From positions 4,974 to 68,973 of IMG/VR virus record IMGVR_UViG_3300025120_000036: DNA of 64,000 bases, one strand, 5' to 3'. The stretch is from a virus. The notes below the pieces were generated by a model. The model made no database searches. It was not told the origin of the DNA and was given only the letters and a program-made list of their open reading frames with translations. Of this stretch, positions 7,826 through 18,363 are shown piece after piece; the first letter of the stretch is position 1; each line of letters starts with the position of its first letter. A program made the translations under genes and the position numbers.

Positions 7826-8603
7826 TAAAATTTTACACCTATTAACAGACAAAAAAACCAGAGCATTGAAAGATGATTTTTTTGCTAAGAAACAAATAGT
7901 GCCCGGCAGACAACAATTTATTGAGCAGGCTGACAAATGGTTTCTAGATACAAAAATCAACAAATTACAAGGTATAGAAAAATTTAAAAACAAAGACATT
8001 ATAATTGGATGTACACAATTCATTGAGAATCTCTGTTTAAAATACAAATGGAATATTCAAGTATTGCCTGAAGATTATGCATACTATTCTGTTATGGGTA
8101 AACAACCCACACAGGTTGGCAGTTTAGAACCAAACGTGCCTTTGATTACATCAGTGCCTAATTGGAAGTACGGACATAGACCACAATGGAATGAAATATT
8201 AGAAGAATGTAAAAATAAAAATATTGATATTCATTTAGATTGTGCTTGGTTACCTGTTGCTAGAGATATTGAATTAAATTTTGATCATCCTAATATCAAA
8301 AGCATAGGAATGAGTATTTCAAAAATAATTGGAAGTTGGAATAGGATAGGATTAAGATATTCAAAACAAAAATCTGTTGATTCTATTGCATTGTATAATG
8401 CAAAAGGAAAATATAACGATGCTTTGATATCAGCCGGCAGTTACATAATGCAAAATTTAGATAGAGATTATGTTTGGAATACCTATAAAAAACAATATGA
8501 AGAAGTTTGTAAAGAATATAACTTAGAAGAAACAAACTTTATTAATGTTGGAAAACAAGATGGCGTGCCTGTTGGTATAGCACATTTGGTTACTAAATTA
8601 TAA
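7809..8603 (+). CDS. PLP-dependent transferase-like protein
   Basis: HLDCAW and S.SK...RIG motifs of fold-type I PLP enzymes; short for the family. Confidence 0.5.
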   Translation: MENAPSKILHLLTDKKTRALKDDFFAKKQIVPGRQQFIEQADKWFLDTKINKLQGIEKFKNKDIIIGCTQFIENLCLKYKWNIQVLPEDYAYYSVMGKQPTQVGSLEPNVPLITSVPNWKYGHRPQWNEILEECKNKNIDIHLDCAWLPVARDIELNFDHPNIKSIGMSISKIIGSWNRIGLRYSKQKSVDSIALYNAKGKYNDALISAGSYIMQNLDRDYVWNTYKKQYEEVCKEYNLEETNFINVGKQDGVPVGIAHLVTKL

Positions 8604-10362
8604 TCTCAACGTCATTGGCATAGTTTGTAAAGCCATTTTCTTTAATAACTTTTAAAACAGAATTGACTCTGCTTACCAATTCGTCTTTGTGAGATATTAG
8701 GAATATATTTTTGTTTTGTGTTCTTGCCATGTCTTTTAACACTGCCATAGAACTTTCTACGCCAGATGCATCCATACCAGCATCTATTAATTCATCAATG
8801 AACAACAAGTTTATTTGTTGATATAGTCCTTCCCAAACATCTCGGAATGCCCAACTTAGACTTAAAATTAATCTATTTCTTTCACCTCTACTTAAATTGT
8901 CAAAATCTAATTCTCTACCCAACTCTTCAATTTGCACAGTAAGATCTGGTTGGAACACAACAGTGTGTGGCAGTTTTACTTTGCTCAAATAATTTGCTAA
9001 TCTTTGATTCAAGTATGTTAAGTTTTGCTCTATAATTTTTGTTCTCAAGAAACTATCTTTTGCAGTCAAAAGTTTATACAAGAATTCCTGGTGTCTGTAT
9101 AAATCTTCTAGCTCATTAGCTTTAACATAGTCTACTTTTTGTACTGCACTCTTTGTTAGTTCGTCAATTTGTTCTGCATAAGGATCTTCTTTGGTTTGTG
9201 TTTGTTCCAGCTGTCTTTTTAAATCAGCAAGAGATCCTTTGTGATTGTAAGCCTCGTCTAAAGTGTCATAGTAAGTATCTGGTATATTGCCTAAATCACC
9301 AATGCTATCAATGTTCTGTTGTATTTTTACAAGATCACTTTTTAGTTTATTGCTGTACTCTCTACTTTCATTTAACATTGTTTTTAGTTTGTCTTGTAGA
9401 TGTTCGTGTTTGTCGTCATGCAGTTCTTGTTCACACGTAGGACATTTGGCCTGCTCTGCATATTCTAAGTCTTTTACTGTTTTATCAACTGTTGATTCTG
9501 CTTTAGTCAATGAGTCTTCGTGATATGCTTTTTCTTTTTCTAAACTTGCAAGTGCTTTTACGTCTTCGTTGTGTTTTTGTAATTTTTTATGTGAATTAAG
9601 TTCTTTGTTTATGTCTACTTTTTGCAATTCTTCTATGGCTTCTTTAAAGCTGAGAACGTCTTTGTTTTTTTGTGTTTGCCAAGCACTACTTCTTAATTTT
9701 ATTGTTTTTATAGATTCTTCAATTTTTTCATTACTTTGTTTTAAGCTGTCTAGTCTATATTTCTCACTCATTAATTCATCTTTAGTGCCACGCATCTGAT
9801 CTTTTAAAAGATTTGCCTTTTCACTTAATATGGTTATTCCTAATAGCTGTTCAATAATTTCTCTCTGTTCAGCTTGTTTGGTTGCTAAAAATGGTTGTGT
9901 ATATGTGTTCAATGCAATTATGTTTTTAAACATTGCATGGCTCATGCCAATCAACTTGTTTATTTCGGCCTGTGTTTCTCTGTTTTCTCCCTGTGCTTCG
10001 TTGCTCTCTTGCTCAACGTCATTGATAAAGAATCTTAATTTAGCAGGTTTTCTTCCTCTTTCAATTGTGTAAGTGATATTGTTTTTTTCAAACGTAATAC
10101 CAACAACCATATCTTTGTTGTTAGTTTTGTTTACAAGATTATCTTTTCTAATTTGTGTTAGTGCATCGCCAAAAAACGCATAACTGATGGCATTTATTAT
10201 TGTAGTTTTGCCTGTACCATTTCTTGCACCAGCATCATCACCACCCAAGTCCATGTTTTCTCCTAAAACTAAAACAAGATTTTTGCCTTCAAAATTTATT
10301 GCCTGTGCTTGATTGCCCACAGACAAGAAGTTTTTAACTGTAAGTGTTTTAACTGTTAACAT
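8593..10362 (-). CDS. gp46: Recombination endonuclease ATPase subunit (SbcC/Rad50-like)
   Basis: KNFLSVG, Walker A NGTGKTT, zinc hook CPTC, signature LSRGE, Walker B FIDE, ISH. Confidence 0.95.
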   Translation of the reverse strand: MLTVKTLTVKNFLSVGNQAQAINFEGKNLVLVLGENMDLGGDDAGARNGTGKTTIINAISYAFFGDALTQIRKDNLVNKTNNKDMVVGITFEKNNITYTIERGRKPAKLRFFINDVEQESNEAQGENRETQAEINKLIGMSHAMFKNIIALNTYTQPFLATKQAEQREIIEQLLGITILSEKANLLKDQMRGTKDELMSEKYRLDSLKQSNEKIEESIKTIKLRSSAWQTQKNKDVLSFKEAIEELQKVDINKELNSHKKLQKHNEDVKALASLEKEKAYHEDSLTKAESTVDKTVKDLEYAEQAKCPTCEQELHDDKHEHLQDKLKTMLNESREYSNKLKSDLVKIQQNIDSIGDLGNIPDTYYDTLDEAYNHKGSLADLKRQLEQTQTKEDPYAEQIDELTKSAVQKVDYVKANELEDLYRHQEFLYKLLTAKDSFLRTKIIEQNLTYLNQRLANYLSKVKLPHTVVFQPDLTVQIEELGRELDFDNLSRGERNRLILSLSWAFRDVWEGLYQQINLLFIDELIDAGMDASGVESSMAVLKDMARTQNKNIFLISHKDELVSRVNSVLKVIKENGFTNYANDVEIII

Positions 10363-11371
10363 CTAAATTGCTATAAATTGCCATTAATATTTTTTTGTCG
10401 TATGTTTGAGAATCTACGCTTTCTAATTGTTTTACAACAATTTGATCTACTGAATCAAACTTTTCGATAGTGGCTGTTGTTTGTTGTGCTTGATCAACCT
10501 GTTCAGGAATAAGTTGTAGTTCTCGTAGTTTGTATTTGTCTATAAATGTTTCTCTAATAAAATTAGCTTCTTCGTATGAAATCTTAATGTCTAACGTTAC
10601 TCTCACATACATTTTTTCTTTTAAAAGACCTTCTGGGTCAGCTAACAGTTGACTTATTTTGTAATTTCTATATCTAGGCATATTAGGATAATTGATATAT
10701 TTTGGTGTACCGCCGTGTTCTAATATCATCATGCCTCGTTCGTCATCACCAGCATCTGCATAGTTGTGTGGAAAAGCGTTGCCCATATACACAATATTGT
10801 TTCTTACTTGTCTTTTGTGAAAGTGTCCTGTAAACACATATTGTTGATTTACAAAATGTTCTGCTTTTATGCCACCTACATCTGGCATATCTACCATAGC
10901 GTTCATCTTAAAGTACGGCAATTCAAAGTGTCCAAAAATATACTTTTGTTTTAGTTGGGGAATACGTTTCCATTCATCTTGCACAACCCATGGAATAATT
11001 GCAACATCTTCTTCTTCAATCCACTCATTTACTATTTTTATGTTTGGAATATTTCTTATAAACTCCATACTGTTTATTTCTCTTTTGTCTCTGTAAAATA
11101 AATCGTGATTACCCATAATGACGTAAACTTTTTCAAATGCGGCGGATAGTCTTTCCATATTGGAAACTGTGTAGTTCATTGTAGATACGTTTGTAGATGA
11201 TCTATGGTGGTGCCAGTCGCCTAAGAATATACAAGTTTCGCAACCTTGAGCTTTAGCTTGTTCTATGAACCAATGAACAAAAGCTTCGCAATCGTCATTG
11301 TGTACTCTTGAATTGCCTTTCATTCCAAAGTGAATGTCAGTAAAACAAGCAACCTTTTTAAACATTGCCAT
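10349..11371 (-). CDS. gp47: Recombination endonuclease nuclease subunit (SbcD/Mre11-like)
   Basis: DIHFG, LGD, GNHD, GHFH metallophosphoesterase motifs. Confidence 0.95.
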   Translation of the reverse strand: MAMFKKVACFTDIHFGMKGNSRVHNDDCEAFVHWFIEQAKAQGCETCIFLGDWHHHRSSTNVSTMNYTVSNMERLSAAFEKVYVIMGNHDLFYRDKREINSMEFIRNIPNIKIVNEWIEEEDVAIIPWVVQDEWKRIPQLKQKYIFGHFELPYFKMNAMVDMPDVGGIKAEHFVNQQYVFTGHFHKRQVRNNIVYMGNAFPHNYADAGDDERGMMILEHGGTPKYINYPNMPRYRNYKISQLLADPEGLLKEKMYVRVTLDIKISYEEANFIRETFIDKYKLRELQLIPEQVDQAQQTTATIEKFDSVDQIVVKQLESVDSQTYDKKILMAIYSNLDVNS

Positions 11372-12357
11372 TATTTTTTATGTTCCTCTTGTATTTTTCT
11401 TTGTATCTCTTGAAGCTTTTCTGTTGGTGTGTCTTTGTATTTTAAAATAGAATAATCCATTTTTCCAGTTTTTTTATAGTGTTTGTTGAATAGCGCCATT
11501 GATGTCTTTGTTGCTACTTTTACTGTAGACTGTGATTCTTTTATTTGTTTATTTTGTCTTGCAATCTGTTCGCTCATCTGCCTAGTCATACTTGGCATCA
11601 TGTTATTTTGTTCCATAATATCATCTCTAATATTTTGATTTTTCTTTTCAATGTTTAATATTCTAGTAAATGAATTTGTTATAGCCGCTGTGTAATAAGC
11701 AAACGGATTTTCAGATTTTGATTCATCAAACTGTAAACCTATTTGACTTAACTGCATTAGTGCTTGTGATTGCATTTCGTCATTGTAGGTATAACCTCTC
11801 CAGTTTGAACGTGTTCCATATCTTTCACAAAGTTTCATATACATCTTGGCTAGTTTTTCTGTAATTGTTCCATGTTTATTATCAAAGTATCCGTTACTCA
11901 AACCACCAACCCAATGTGACTTGCCTACAAGTTTAACTTTTGCTTTTTTATCTAAACGATAATGTTGGAATGGAGGAAAGTTACATTTTGTATGATGATC
12001 AGCAACAGTTTTAGGATTGTTTTTTCGTGTGCTATCTTTGGGTATATGATCAAAGGACATTACACGAAAAACTAAATCTGTTTTTTCGATCTTCCTAGGA
12101 GACACTTCAAAGTCTGCCATTTTTAACTTGTTTCTTTTTCCAGCTTCAGCTTTGGCTTTTTCCCATGCTATTTGTGTCATTCTTTTGGCACGTGCTTTTC
12201 TGGCTTTTGCAACAGTGGCCGCATTTATTTTTTTTACGTCAGGCACTATGACGTCATAGTGTGCGTCTTCAGGATCAACATAAGAACAATAGGTATTTTT
12301 GCTCTTGTGTATTTCAGCCATCAAATCACGGTTGTTTAAATAATTTACTCTTTTCAT
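11371..12357 (-). CDS. gp55: Late-transcription sigma factor
   Basis: NYLNN.D, NWRGYTY.DEM, FD..KS.NPFAYYT....NSF.R.L..EKK motifs. Confidence 0.88.
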   Translation of the reverse strand: MKRVNYLNNRDLMAEIHKSKNTYCSYVDPEDAHYDVIVPDVKKINAATVAKARKARAKRMTQIAWEKAKAEAGKRNKLKMADFEVSPRKIEKTDLVFRVMSFDHIPKDSTRKNNPKTVADHHTKCNFPPFQHYRLDKKAKVKLVGKSHWVGGLSNGYFDNKHGTITEKLAKMYMKLCERYGTRSNWRGYTYNDEMQSQALMQLSQIGLQFDESKSENPFAYYTAAITNSFTRILNIEKKNQNIRDDIMEQNNMMPSMTRQMSEQIARQNKQIKESQSTVKVATKTSMALFNKHYKKTGKMDYSILKYKDTPTEKLQEIQRKIQEEHKK

Positions 12358-12457
12358 AATTCTCTTTCTATGTTAATTAAGATGACCACAAACAGGTCTG
12401 TTGAAATGTACTCTAAACTGTGCCGTATGGGGAATTAAATGCGCCTATTATTGTGCC

Positions 12458-12465
12458 TATAAATA
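12458..12465 (+). promoter_or_regulatory. T4-type late promoter TATAAATA for the baseplate operon
   Basis: Exact consensus 23 nt upstream of ATG 12489. Confidence 0.75.
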
Positions 12466-12471
12466 TTGTTT

Positions 12472-12500
12472 ATTATACTATATTTTTTATGAGTACACAA
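12472..12500 (-). promoter_or_regulatory. Sigma70 promoter for gp55-gp47-gp46
   Basis: TTGTGT-17 nt-TATAAT on the minus strand. Confidence 0.65.
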
Positions 12501-13400
12501 CCTTTTGAAAACAATAACCAGAACACTTTAGGCAAGTCTATAGGGCGAGCCGCCTCTAACGTTTTTAACAGAACATTGGGCAGACTTTTTGGTGCAGGTT
12601 TAAAAAGAGGAGGTGAGGGTCTAATAGGGGATCAAAGAGCAACAGCACGTTGGAATACTCGTAGCGGCAACACAGACTGGCGTGTAAAACTTACTTTACC
12701 AACTAACAGTAATTTAAGAGAAATGTTTTTTGCAGATAATAACAAAACAACAACCGGTGTAAATTACAAGTTATTAAATGCTTTGACAGGAGCAGGCGGA
12801 GTAATTTTTCCAATTACACCATCAGTCATTATACAGCACCAAGCCAATTATTCACAACTAGCAACAACTCATGCAAACTATCCTTACTATGCATATCAAA
12901 ATTCTGAACCAGCAAACATGACCATTGTGGGAGAATTTCCTGTACAGAACCAAACAGATGCGGCATACTGGGTAGGTACAATTCATTTCTTAAGAGCAGT
13001 AACAAAAATGTTTTTTGGTGGAGCAGATGCAACAAGAGGAAATCCACCACCAATTTTAAAATTAAATGGATACGGAAATCATGTTTTTAAAAATGTACCT
13101 GTAATTGTAACAAACTTTACTTGTGAATTAAGATCTGATGTAGATTACATTGCAACATCACAAGGACCACAAATACGTAATCCTTCAAATCAACAAACAC
13201 CCGATGATGGTTTTATAACTGCACAATCAACAAGTGCCATTCCGGAAACATGGGCACCTAGCCTTTCAACAATAACAGTGCAACTACAACCAGTCTATTC
13301 AAGAGACACTGTAAAAAACTTTTCAATGAGAGATTTTGTTAATGGCAATCTAAGTAATTTTGGTTCTAAAGGAAACCAAGAAGGAGTAGGGTTCATTTAA
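12489..13400 (+). CDS. Baseplate/tail-tube initiator-like protein (gp48/gp54-like)
   Basis: FP.TP, HFLR..TKMFFG, GNPPPILKLNGYG...F.NVPV.V.NF motifs; start moved to ATG 12489, downstream of the late promoter. Confidence 0.65.
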   Translation: MSTQPFENNNQNTLGKSIGRAASNVFNRTLGRLFGAGLKRGGEGLIGDQRATARWNTRSGNTDWRVKLTLPTNSNLREMFFADNNKTTTGVNYKLLNALTGAGGVIFPITPSVIIQHQANYSQLATTHANYPYYAYQNSEPANMTIVGEFPVQNQTDAAYWVGTIHFLRAVTKMFFGGADATRGNPPPILKLNGYGNHVFKNVPVIVTNFTCELRSDVDYIATSQGPQIRNPSNQQTPDDGFITAQSTSAIPETWAPSLSTITVQLQPVYSRDTVKNFSMRDFVNGNLSNFGSKGNQEGVGFI

Positions 13401-13699
13401 TGGCTCAGTATTCAAACACATCACCTTATTTTAACACAGAAGAAAATGCAATCAGTCTTGACTTTTTAGTGCCGAGAGCAATTACAGCCGATCAAGATGA
13501 TACAACATATACAATTGATCAAATATATGCTTACAGGCCTGACCTATTGGCATACGATTTATACGGCTCACCGAGACTTTGGTGGGTGTTTGCACAAAGA
13601 AACCCCAATCAAATAGAAGATCCAATATACGATTTTGCCCCGGGAGTCACAATTCAAATTCCAAAATTAAGTAATTTGAAAACAGACTTAGGAATTTAA
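13400..13699 (+). CDS. gp53: Baseplate wedge protein, gp53/LysM-like
   Basis: YRPDLLAYDLYG...LWWVF..RN motif. Confidence 0.75.
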   Translation: MAQYSNTSPYFNTEENAISLDFLVPRAITADQDDTTYTIDQIYAYRPDLLAYDLYGSPRLWWVFAQRNPNQIEDPIYDFAPGVTIQIPKLSNLKTDLGI

Positions 13700-13700
13700 A

Positions 13701-15797
13701 ATGGCATACCAACCAGGCGATACAGGCACAGTGAAAGAAGCGTTCACTGAAAAAACAATAAGCCAAGAATTAAAAACTGACGTAGATAGATTTGTTGATG
13801 CAAACAGACTGCATAAATTTGCAACCTACAACTATGTTCTTACGCTTTCAGGTTTAAGTAGAACACAACTTGATAATCCAAAAAGCATTTTAAAAGATCC
13901 TGCACACGATATTATCGCTAGAACAGGAGGTATAGGCGATGCTGAAGAATTTGCCAATTCAAACATACAATTTGGCACAGGGTATGGTAAAAAGTTTGAA
14001 GCTGAAGGATCAGATGATTTTGCTAGAACTCTAAAAATAAAAAGAGAAGTAGGAGCCACAGCAGAACAATACAATAAAACTCTTAAAAAAAACAGAGACA
14101 TTTATTTTGAAAGAGTAGAAATTGACAGCTATCCAAGGCCTAACGCAGATAGAAAATTAATGAATTATACCAAGATAGAAATGACAATGAGTGAACCCAA
14201 CGGCATTACTTTTTGGGAAAAAATAAGAGCGGCCGCATTCAACGGAGGTTACCTTGACCACACAGATGCACCTTTCTTACTTACAATAGAATTTAAAGGA
14301 TACGACTCTAAAGGAGATCCTGTGCTTGACGCTGTGCAAAAAAGATTTTTGCCTATAAGATTGACTCAATCTAGTTTACAAATGAATGCAGGCGGTACTA
14401 CTTACACATTAACAGCACAACCATGGACAGAATTTGCAATGGTTAACACTTTTTTATACACTAGAGGGCAAGGAAAAATGTCAGGACGAGGCAACGATCT
14501 AAGAAGTTATCTAAATGATTTTCAAAATACTTTAAACACAATCATGAAAAGTGAAGTTAAGAGAGGTGTTAGAGAATATGAAGACGTATACAAAATTACT
14601 GCAGATCCAGATATAGGTGACACAGGTTCAACAAGTATTCAAGCTGGAACTGGAGACTATTCAAACAAATTTAAATCAACTGGATTTTTTGGAAACAAAG
14701 ATCTACATTCTATGACTTTTAGAAAAGGTACATCGATTGCTAAAATATTGGAAGATTTTGTAAAACAATTTCCGCAATACAGTGAGATTGATAAAATTTG
14801 TGATATTTATTGGAATCAAGTTCAAGCATCTACGGCATACGACGAAGCAGATGGATCAGCTCCAACGCCATGGGTGCCTTGGTTTAAAATTATTACAACA
14901 GTAAAAGTTGAAAAAGAGTTTGATAGAACTTTAAAATCACACAAAAGAACAATTCACTATCATGTCCAGCCGTATAAAATTCATGTTGGAAACTTTGCGA
15001 GAGCAGGCATGGGCGGATATGACACTTGGAATCAATATGTAAAAAAAAAGTACAATTACATTTACACAGGAGAAAATCTTGACATATTGGATTTAAATGT
15101 AGAATACAATGCAAGTTATTATCAATCAAAATTAATTGATGGAGGATCAGCACAAGGAAATAATGATCTAAGTCCAAGTTTATTTAAAAAAGTAATACAA
15201 TATTTTGGCAAAAGAACCTATCCAGAGCCTGGACTGCCACTGAAACAAAATGTTACAACATCCAAAGGAGAAGATCCTGAACAAGTTGGCTTAGAAGTTG
15301 GATTACAGGCACAACAGTTTTACGATTATCTTACTAATCCAAAAGGAGACATGGTTAATGTAGACATGAAAATTATGGGAGACCCTGCATTTTTAGGGCA
15401 AGATTTTGCACTACCAATGACTGATCCTGGATTTGGAGGCAGTTATGATAAAAAAATTCAAGTAGGTGGAGTAAAAGGTTTTGAATTTGATACAGAAAAA
15501 GGTTGTTTTAATTTTGACAATGCAGAACCAGTTGTATCATTAGATTTTAAATTTCCAACAGACTTTGATGAAGGCACAGGACTTTATGAGTTCACCAAAG
15601 GTGATACCCCACAGTTTACAGGAATATATAGAGTTAACAGAGTAGTAAGCGTTATGGAAACTGGACAATTTACGCAAAATTTAGAAATGACAAGATTCAA
15701 TAATCAAAAAGGAAGTTCAAAAGCAGTAAAACAAGAATTAAAAGAACTTAAAACAGCTAGTCAATTACCACCACCAATAGAGGACAACGTCGCATAA
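13701..15797 (+). CDS. Baseplate hub protein (gp27/phage D-like)
   Basis: Position before the spike gene; C-terminal I.GDP...G.Y.V..V......GQFTQ.L motif. Confidence 0.6.
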   Translation: MAYQPGDTGTVKEAFTEKTISQELKTDVDRFVDANRLHKFATYNYVLTLSGLSRTQLDNPKSILKDPAHDIIARTGGIGDAEEFANSNIQFGTGYGKKFEAEGSDDFARTLKIKREVGATAEQYNKTLKKNRDIYFERVEIDSYPRPNADRKLMNYTKIEMTMSEPNGITFWEKIRAAAFNGGYLDHTDAPFLLTIEFKGYDSKGDPVLDAVQKRFLPIRLTQSSLQMNAGGTTYTLTAQPWTEFAMVNTFLYTRGQGKMSGRGNDLRSYLNDFQNTLNTIMKSEVKRGVREYEDVYKITADPDIGDTGSTSIQAGTGDYSNKFKSTGFFGNKDLHSMTFRKGTSIAKILEDFVKQFPQYSEIDKICDIYWNQVQASTAYDEADGSAPTPWVPWFKIITTVKVEKEFDRTLKSHKRTIHYHVQPYKIHVGNFARAGMGGYDTWNQYVKKKYNYIYTGENLDILDLNVEYNASYYQSKLIDGGSAQGNNDLSPSLFKKVIQYFGKRTYPEPGLPLKQNVTTSKGEDPEQVGLEVGLQAQQFYDYLTNPKGDMVNVDMKIMGDPAFLGQDFALPMTDPGFGGSYDKKIQVGGVKGFEFDTEKGCFNFDNAEPVVSLDFKFPTDFDEGTGLYEFTKGDTPQFTGIYRVNRVVSVMETGQFTQNLEMTRFNNQKGSSKAVKQELKELKTASQLPPPIEDNVA

Positions 15798-17917
15798 TGT
15801 TAAACGTAAGTGGACACCAAAGCACAAAGAAATTAACAGGAGAGTCATCTTATACAACATTAGACTCTGGTCCATATGTGGCTGTTGTCAAAGACAATGT
15901 TGATCCAACACGTATGGGAAGATTGAAGGTTGTTATTCCAGCATTAGCAGGAACCAGCAGTATCAGTGAAAGCGAATTAATCAGCGTTGAATATGCTCCG
16001 CCTTTCTATGGGGCAAAAAGCCCTGAAGCAACAAATAGCTCCTCCACAGCAAGTTATAAAGATTCACAGCACTCTTATGGTATGTGGATGGTACCACCTG
16101 ATATAGATTCTCGTGTGCTAGTAATTTTTGCAGAAGGCAAAATTAGTTTAGGTTATTGGATAGCCTGTGTACAACAACCGTTTATTAACAACATGACGCC
16201 AGGTATTGCAAGTGCAGATACTAGTGCTGAAGACACTAACGACTTTGGCCAAACTAATCAAGAGTTGTATGGAGCAGATAAGTTACCCGCAGGAGAAGTT
16301 AATAGACAATTTTATGCAAATGCTTCATTAAAAGGATTTGACAAACTTAAAAAACCTATACACCCTTTTGCCAAAACATTGAGAGATCAAGGGTTGGTAC
16401 AAGATAATGTGCGTGGAACAACAACCTCTTCTAGCAGAAGAGAAACGCCAAGTAATGTGTTTGGCATCAGTACTCCGGGTCCTATAGACAAAAGAGTTGC
16501 TAAAAAAGACAAACTTGGACCTAATGATCGATTACAAAACAAAAATACAACAAGAAAAACAGGACATACTTTTGTAATGGATGATGGCGATGAAAACGGA
16601 GATAATCATCTAGTACGATTAAGAACAAGTTCTGGTCATCAATTGGTAATGCACGACTCAGCAGGGGTTATGTATTTGGCCAATTCCGAAGGAACAGTCT
16701 GGATGGAATTTTCTAACAACGGACTTGTAGATGTTTATGCACAGACAGGATACAATTTAAGATCAGGAGCAGATATTAATTTCCATGCAGAAGGAAATAT
16801 TAATATGTACGCAAACAAAAATATAAAAATTAAAGCAAACGAATCAACCGGCGGAGTGAGTCTTGATGGATCAAGAATAAATGCTTTGGCTTCAGACGAT
16901 GTTAGAATAGAAGGCAGAAACGTTTATACAAAAGCATCTTCACAGATAATAGCAGACGCTGGTTTAAGAAATATTCAACAAGGTATGGGTAGAGTAGACC
17001 TAATAGGAGGTCAAGTACACTTTAATAGTTTTGGCACAATAGGAAACCTAGTGCCAACTTTAACAAGAACAAGTTTTTTAGATCCAGATGGATCAGGCAC
17101 AGGTACAGCTTTAACATCTTATCCTGATGTATCATTGAGATCCGTAGGATCAATATATGAAGTAGACAGAGGATTGCCGGGTATGTCAGGTATGAGAGTA
17201 CCAACACACGAACCGTTTTGGGGACATCAGGATCGTAATCCAGCTTTTGGATCTGTTGGCGGAACAACCAATAGTCCAGGCACAGTAGGATTTGTAGAAA
17301 GTGCAAATAGAAATAGTGATCTTGCTTCCATTAAATGGGCTCAATACAGATCAGACTTACTTACAGACTTTGCAAAAAATCCAACCAAAACTTTTGAAAA
17401 TGCATTAAGTAATTTTAACAACTCATATAGTGCAAATTATAGTGTAGATGTAAATTATTTGACAAGTGGTGTGTTAGGATATACTGCACTACCAGAAGCA
17501 GTATCAGAAACATATCAACAACTTACTTCAGCTGTCAACACAGGTGGTGCAAATTTAAAAAACGTATTGATCAACGAATCAGGTGTGTTGTACACCGAAG
17601 GAACAAACAAAATTGTAAATATTCCAAACACAAATAAAGTTACAGGAACATTAAATAAAGTTTCATCTACAGTAAACACAATTGGCACATTATTATCTGA
17701 TGGAACAGGAACAAATATTGGCGGAACGATACAAGGAATAACAGGACCAGCAAACACACTAAACAATTTGACTAAAGTTACAAGTACATATAAAAATGTA
17801 GTTGGAGGAAAAGTTACCTCAGTAGTACAGACAGCAGAGGCGGTAAGTACAGTTGCACGAGCTGTTAGCACTGTTGGTAAAGTTGCTAGAAGCATAGGAA
17901 AAGTATTTGGATTTTAA
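15797..17917 (+). CDS. gp5: Baseplate central spike (gp5/VgrG-like) without a recognisable lysozyme domain
   Basis: DP.RMGRLKV.IP OB-fold, SYGMW.VPPD, GH.FVMDDG, RT.SGHQ beta-helix repeats, RVPTHEP. Confidence 0.8.
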   Translation: MLNVSGHQSTKKLTGESSYTTLDSGPYVAVVKDNVDPTRMGRLKVVIPALAGTSSISESELISVEYAPPFYGAKSPEATNSSSTASYKDSQHSYGMWMVPPDIDSRVLVIFAEGKISLGYWIACVQQPFINNMTPGIASADTSAEDTNDFGQTNQELYGADKLPAGEVNRQFYANASLKGFDKLKKPIHPFAKTLRDQGLVQDNVRGTTTSSSRRETPSNVFGISTPGPIDKRVAKKDKLGPNDRLQNKNTTRKTGHTFVMDDGDENGDNHLVRLRTSSGHQLVMHDSAGVMYLANSEGTVWMEFSNNGLVDVYAQTGYNLRSGADINFHAEGNINMYANKNIKIKANESTGGVSLDGSRINALASDDVRIEGRNVYTKASSQIIADAGLRNIQQGMGRVDLIGGQVHFNSFGTIGNLVPTLTRTSFLDPDGSGTGTALTSYPDVSLRSVGSIYEVDRGLPGMSGMRVPTHEPFWGHQDRNPAFGSVGGTTNSPGTVGFVESANRNSDLASIKWAQYRSDLLTDFAKNPTKTFENALSNFNNSYSANYSVDVNYLTSGVLGYTALPEAVSETYQQLTSAVNTGGANLKNVLINESGVLYTEGTNKIVNIPNTNKVTGTLNKVSSTVNTIGTLLSDGTGTNIGGTIQGITGPANTLNNLTKVTSTYKNVVGGKVTSVVQTAEAVSTVARAVSTVGKVARSIGKVFGF

Positions 17918-17919
17918 AA

Positions 17920-18321
17920 ATGGCAGAAAATAAAACATATCTACAAGGACAATCAATATTCAAAGGATTTAGTTCTAGAGCTGATAACAACAACTACAAA
18001 CTGTATGATTTTGCTTTGATTAAGCAGGATTTAATAAACAGATTAAGTGTGAGAAAAGGTGAAAGAGTAGAAAATCCAGAATTTGGTACAATAATATATG
18101 ATGTATTGTTTGAACCATTGACAGATGATGTAAAACAAGCTGTTGCAGATGATATTACTGCAAATTTAAACGCAGATCCACGCCTACAAACAGAAGAAAT
18201 CATAGTAAGCGAGTTTGAGCACGGTATTGCTGTGCAGGCCACTATACGTTTTGTGCCCTACAATGTTGTAGAAAAGCTCACTTTTAGTTTTGATGAAGAT
18301 AGCACTCTCCGTCTATCTTAA
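17920..18321 (+). CDS. gp25: Baseplate wedge subunit
   Basis: RKGERV.NPEFG.II.D.LFEP, DPR motifs. Confidence 0.88.
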   Translation: MAENKTYLQGQSIFKGFSSRADNNNYKLYDFALIKQDLINRLSVRKGERVENPEFGTIIYDVLFEPLTDDVKQAVADDITANLNADPRLQTEEIIVSEFEHGIAVQATIRFVPYNVVEKLTFSFDEDSTLRLS

Positions 18322-18363
18322 TATACGCACTTTATATAATCAATAAATATTCATACAAACAGT

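Noticed and set aside
12420-12488. N-terminal extensions in the ORF track (12420, 6504, 34849, 46294)
   Set aside because: They run across promoters or upstream genes; downstream ATGs fit better
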